From positions 1 through 64,000 of the IMG/VR virus record IMGVR_UViG_3300031857_000054: a stretch of DNA of 64,000 bases; one strand, given 5' to 3'. This document shows positions 63,480 to 64,000 of the stretch, piece after piece. How positions within the stretch are numbered: position 1 is the stretch's first letter; every line of letters starts with the position of its first letter. The stretch comes from a virus. The position numbers and the translations under genes were made by a program. The notes below the pieces were generated by a model. The model saw only the letters and a list, made by a program, of their open reading frames with translations, was not told the DNA's origin and made no database searches.

Positions 63480-63491
63480 AAAATGAATTAA

Positions 63492-64000
63492 ATGGCTAAC
63501 TTACAAAGAAATATAGAAGTTTTAAAAGCTAAGGATTGTGCTTACTTATCAATCCTAGATACCTCGTACTATCCTGAAACTTTAGACGAGGCAAACATTC
63601 AAATCACTGCACCTGGTTATGATATTCCATTTGAATTTGCTTTTACTTTAAATGAAGTAAACGTATACAATTCATACACTTTTGGATTCACTACCAATGC
63701 AACGGCAGATTTTGTAGAATTGCCAGATGGTTTATATACTTTGAACTTAACTACTTGCCCTGACACAGGAGTATGTACTAGATATCACCTACGCACTTGT
63801 AGGATTGATTGTAGACTTGCTGTACAATGGGCTAAGTATGCACAAGATTGTGAGGATGAAAAAATCCTTTACTATCTAGATAAGATTGAGTTTCTGCTAC
63901 GGGGAGGAGAAGCTAACGCAGATTTATGTAACCCCGAAAAAGCAATTGAATTATACAGAAAAGCAGATGACTTACTTAGACGATTTGAACTTGACTGTTA
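63492..64000 (+). CDS. Structural (tail hub-like) protein, runs to the window edge
   Basis: MANLQRNIEV...ILDTSYYP...LPDGLY...; 169 codons plus 'TA' at the edge; not in the track. Confidence 0.7.
   Translation, partial: MANLQRNIEVLKAKDCAYLSILDTSYYPETLDEANIQITAPGYDIPFEFAFTLNEVNVYNSYTFGFTTNATADFVELPDGLYTLNLTTCPDTGVCTRYHLRTCRIDCRLAVQWAKYAQDCEDEKILYYLDKIEFLLRGGEANADLCNPEKAIELYRKADDLLRRFELDC

Noticed and set aside
1-64000. Stop-codon reassignment as in some crAss-like phages
   Set aside because: Core genes are full length in code 11, TAG and TGA end genes at sensible positions, and no suppressor tRNA is seen.
1-64000. Prophage or lysogeny module
   Set aside because: No integrase, repressor pair or host chromosomal genes are seen; the window is continuous phage sequence.

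Overview
A 64 kb segment of a lytic crAss-like (Crassvirales-type) dsDNA phage of a Bacteroidota host, read in the standard bacterial code. Host evidence: TAnnTTTG promoters, a T9SS cargo gene and a Bacteroidota-type tRNA-Glu. Minus strand 1-36.7 kb: an intein-interrupted tail-fibre gene at 1-2237 (missing from the ORF track), nucleotide metabolism and replication genes (GroES, dCMP deaminase, PD-(D/E)XK nuclease, PolA, NinG, UDG, primase, Sak4-like ATPase, DnaB, ThyX with an invading HNH, SplB-like radical SAM enzyme, SF2 helicase), a tRNA/ncRNA cluster at 30.8-31.5 kb, and an array of short early-gene cassettes each led by a conserved TTTWTTCTKTYCY motif, usually with a hairpin. Plus strand 37-64 kb: tail fibres, holin and lysin, a ~7 kb operon of exported proteins, then the crAss-type terminase-portal-scaffold-major capsid block. 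The most notable item is that exported-protein operon: a T9SS-tagged cohesin/dockerin protein, a second dockerin protein, a CsgG-like lipoprotein, a beta-barrel and a HEXXH protease. It looks like a phage-encoded cell-surface assembly system. Other highlights: the intein in a fibre protein, the ~20-copy hairpin/motif cassette architecture, an anticodon-less tRNA mimic next to a ~195 nt structured RNA, and an HNH gene that duplicated the thyX 5' end. All family assignments come from motif recognition by eye; no searches were run.
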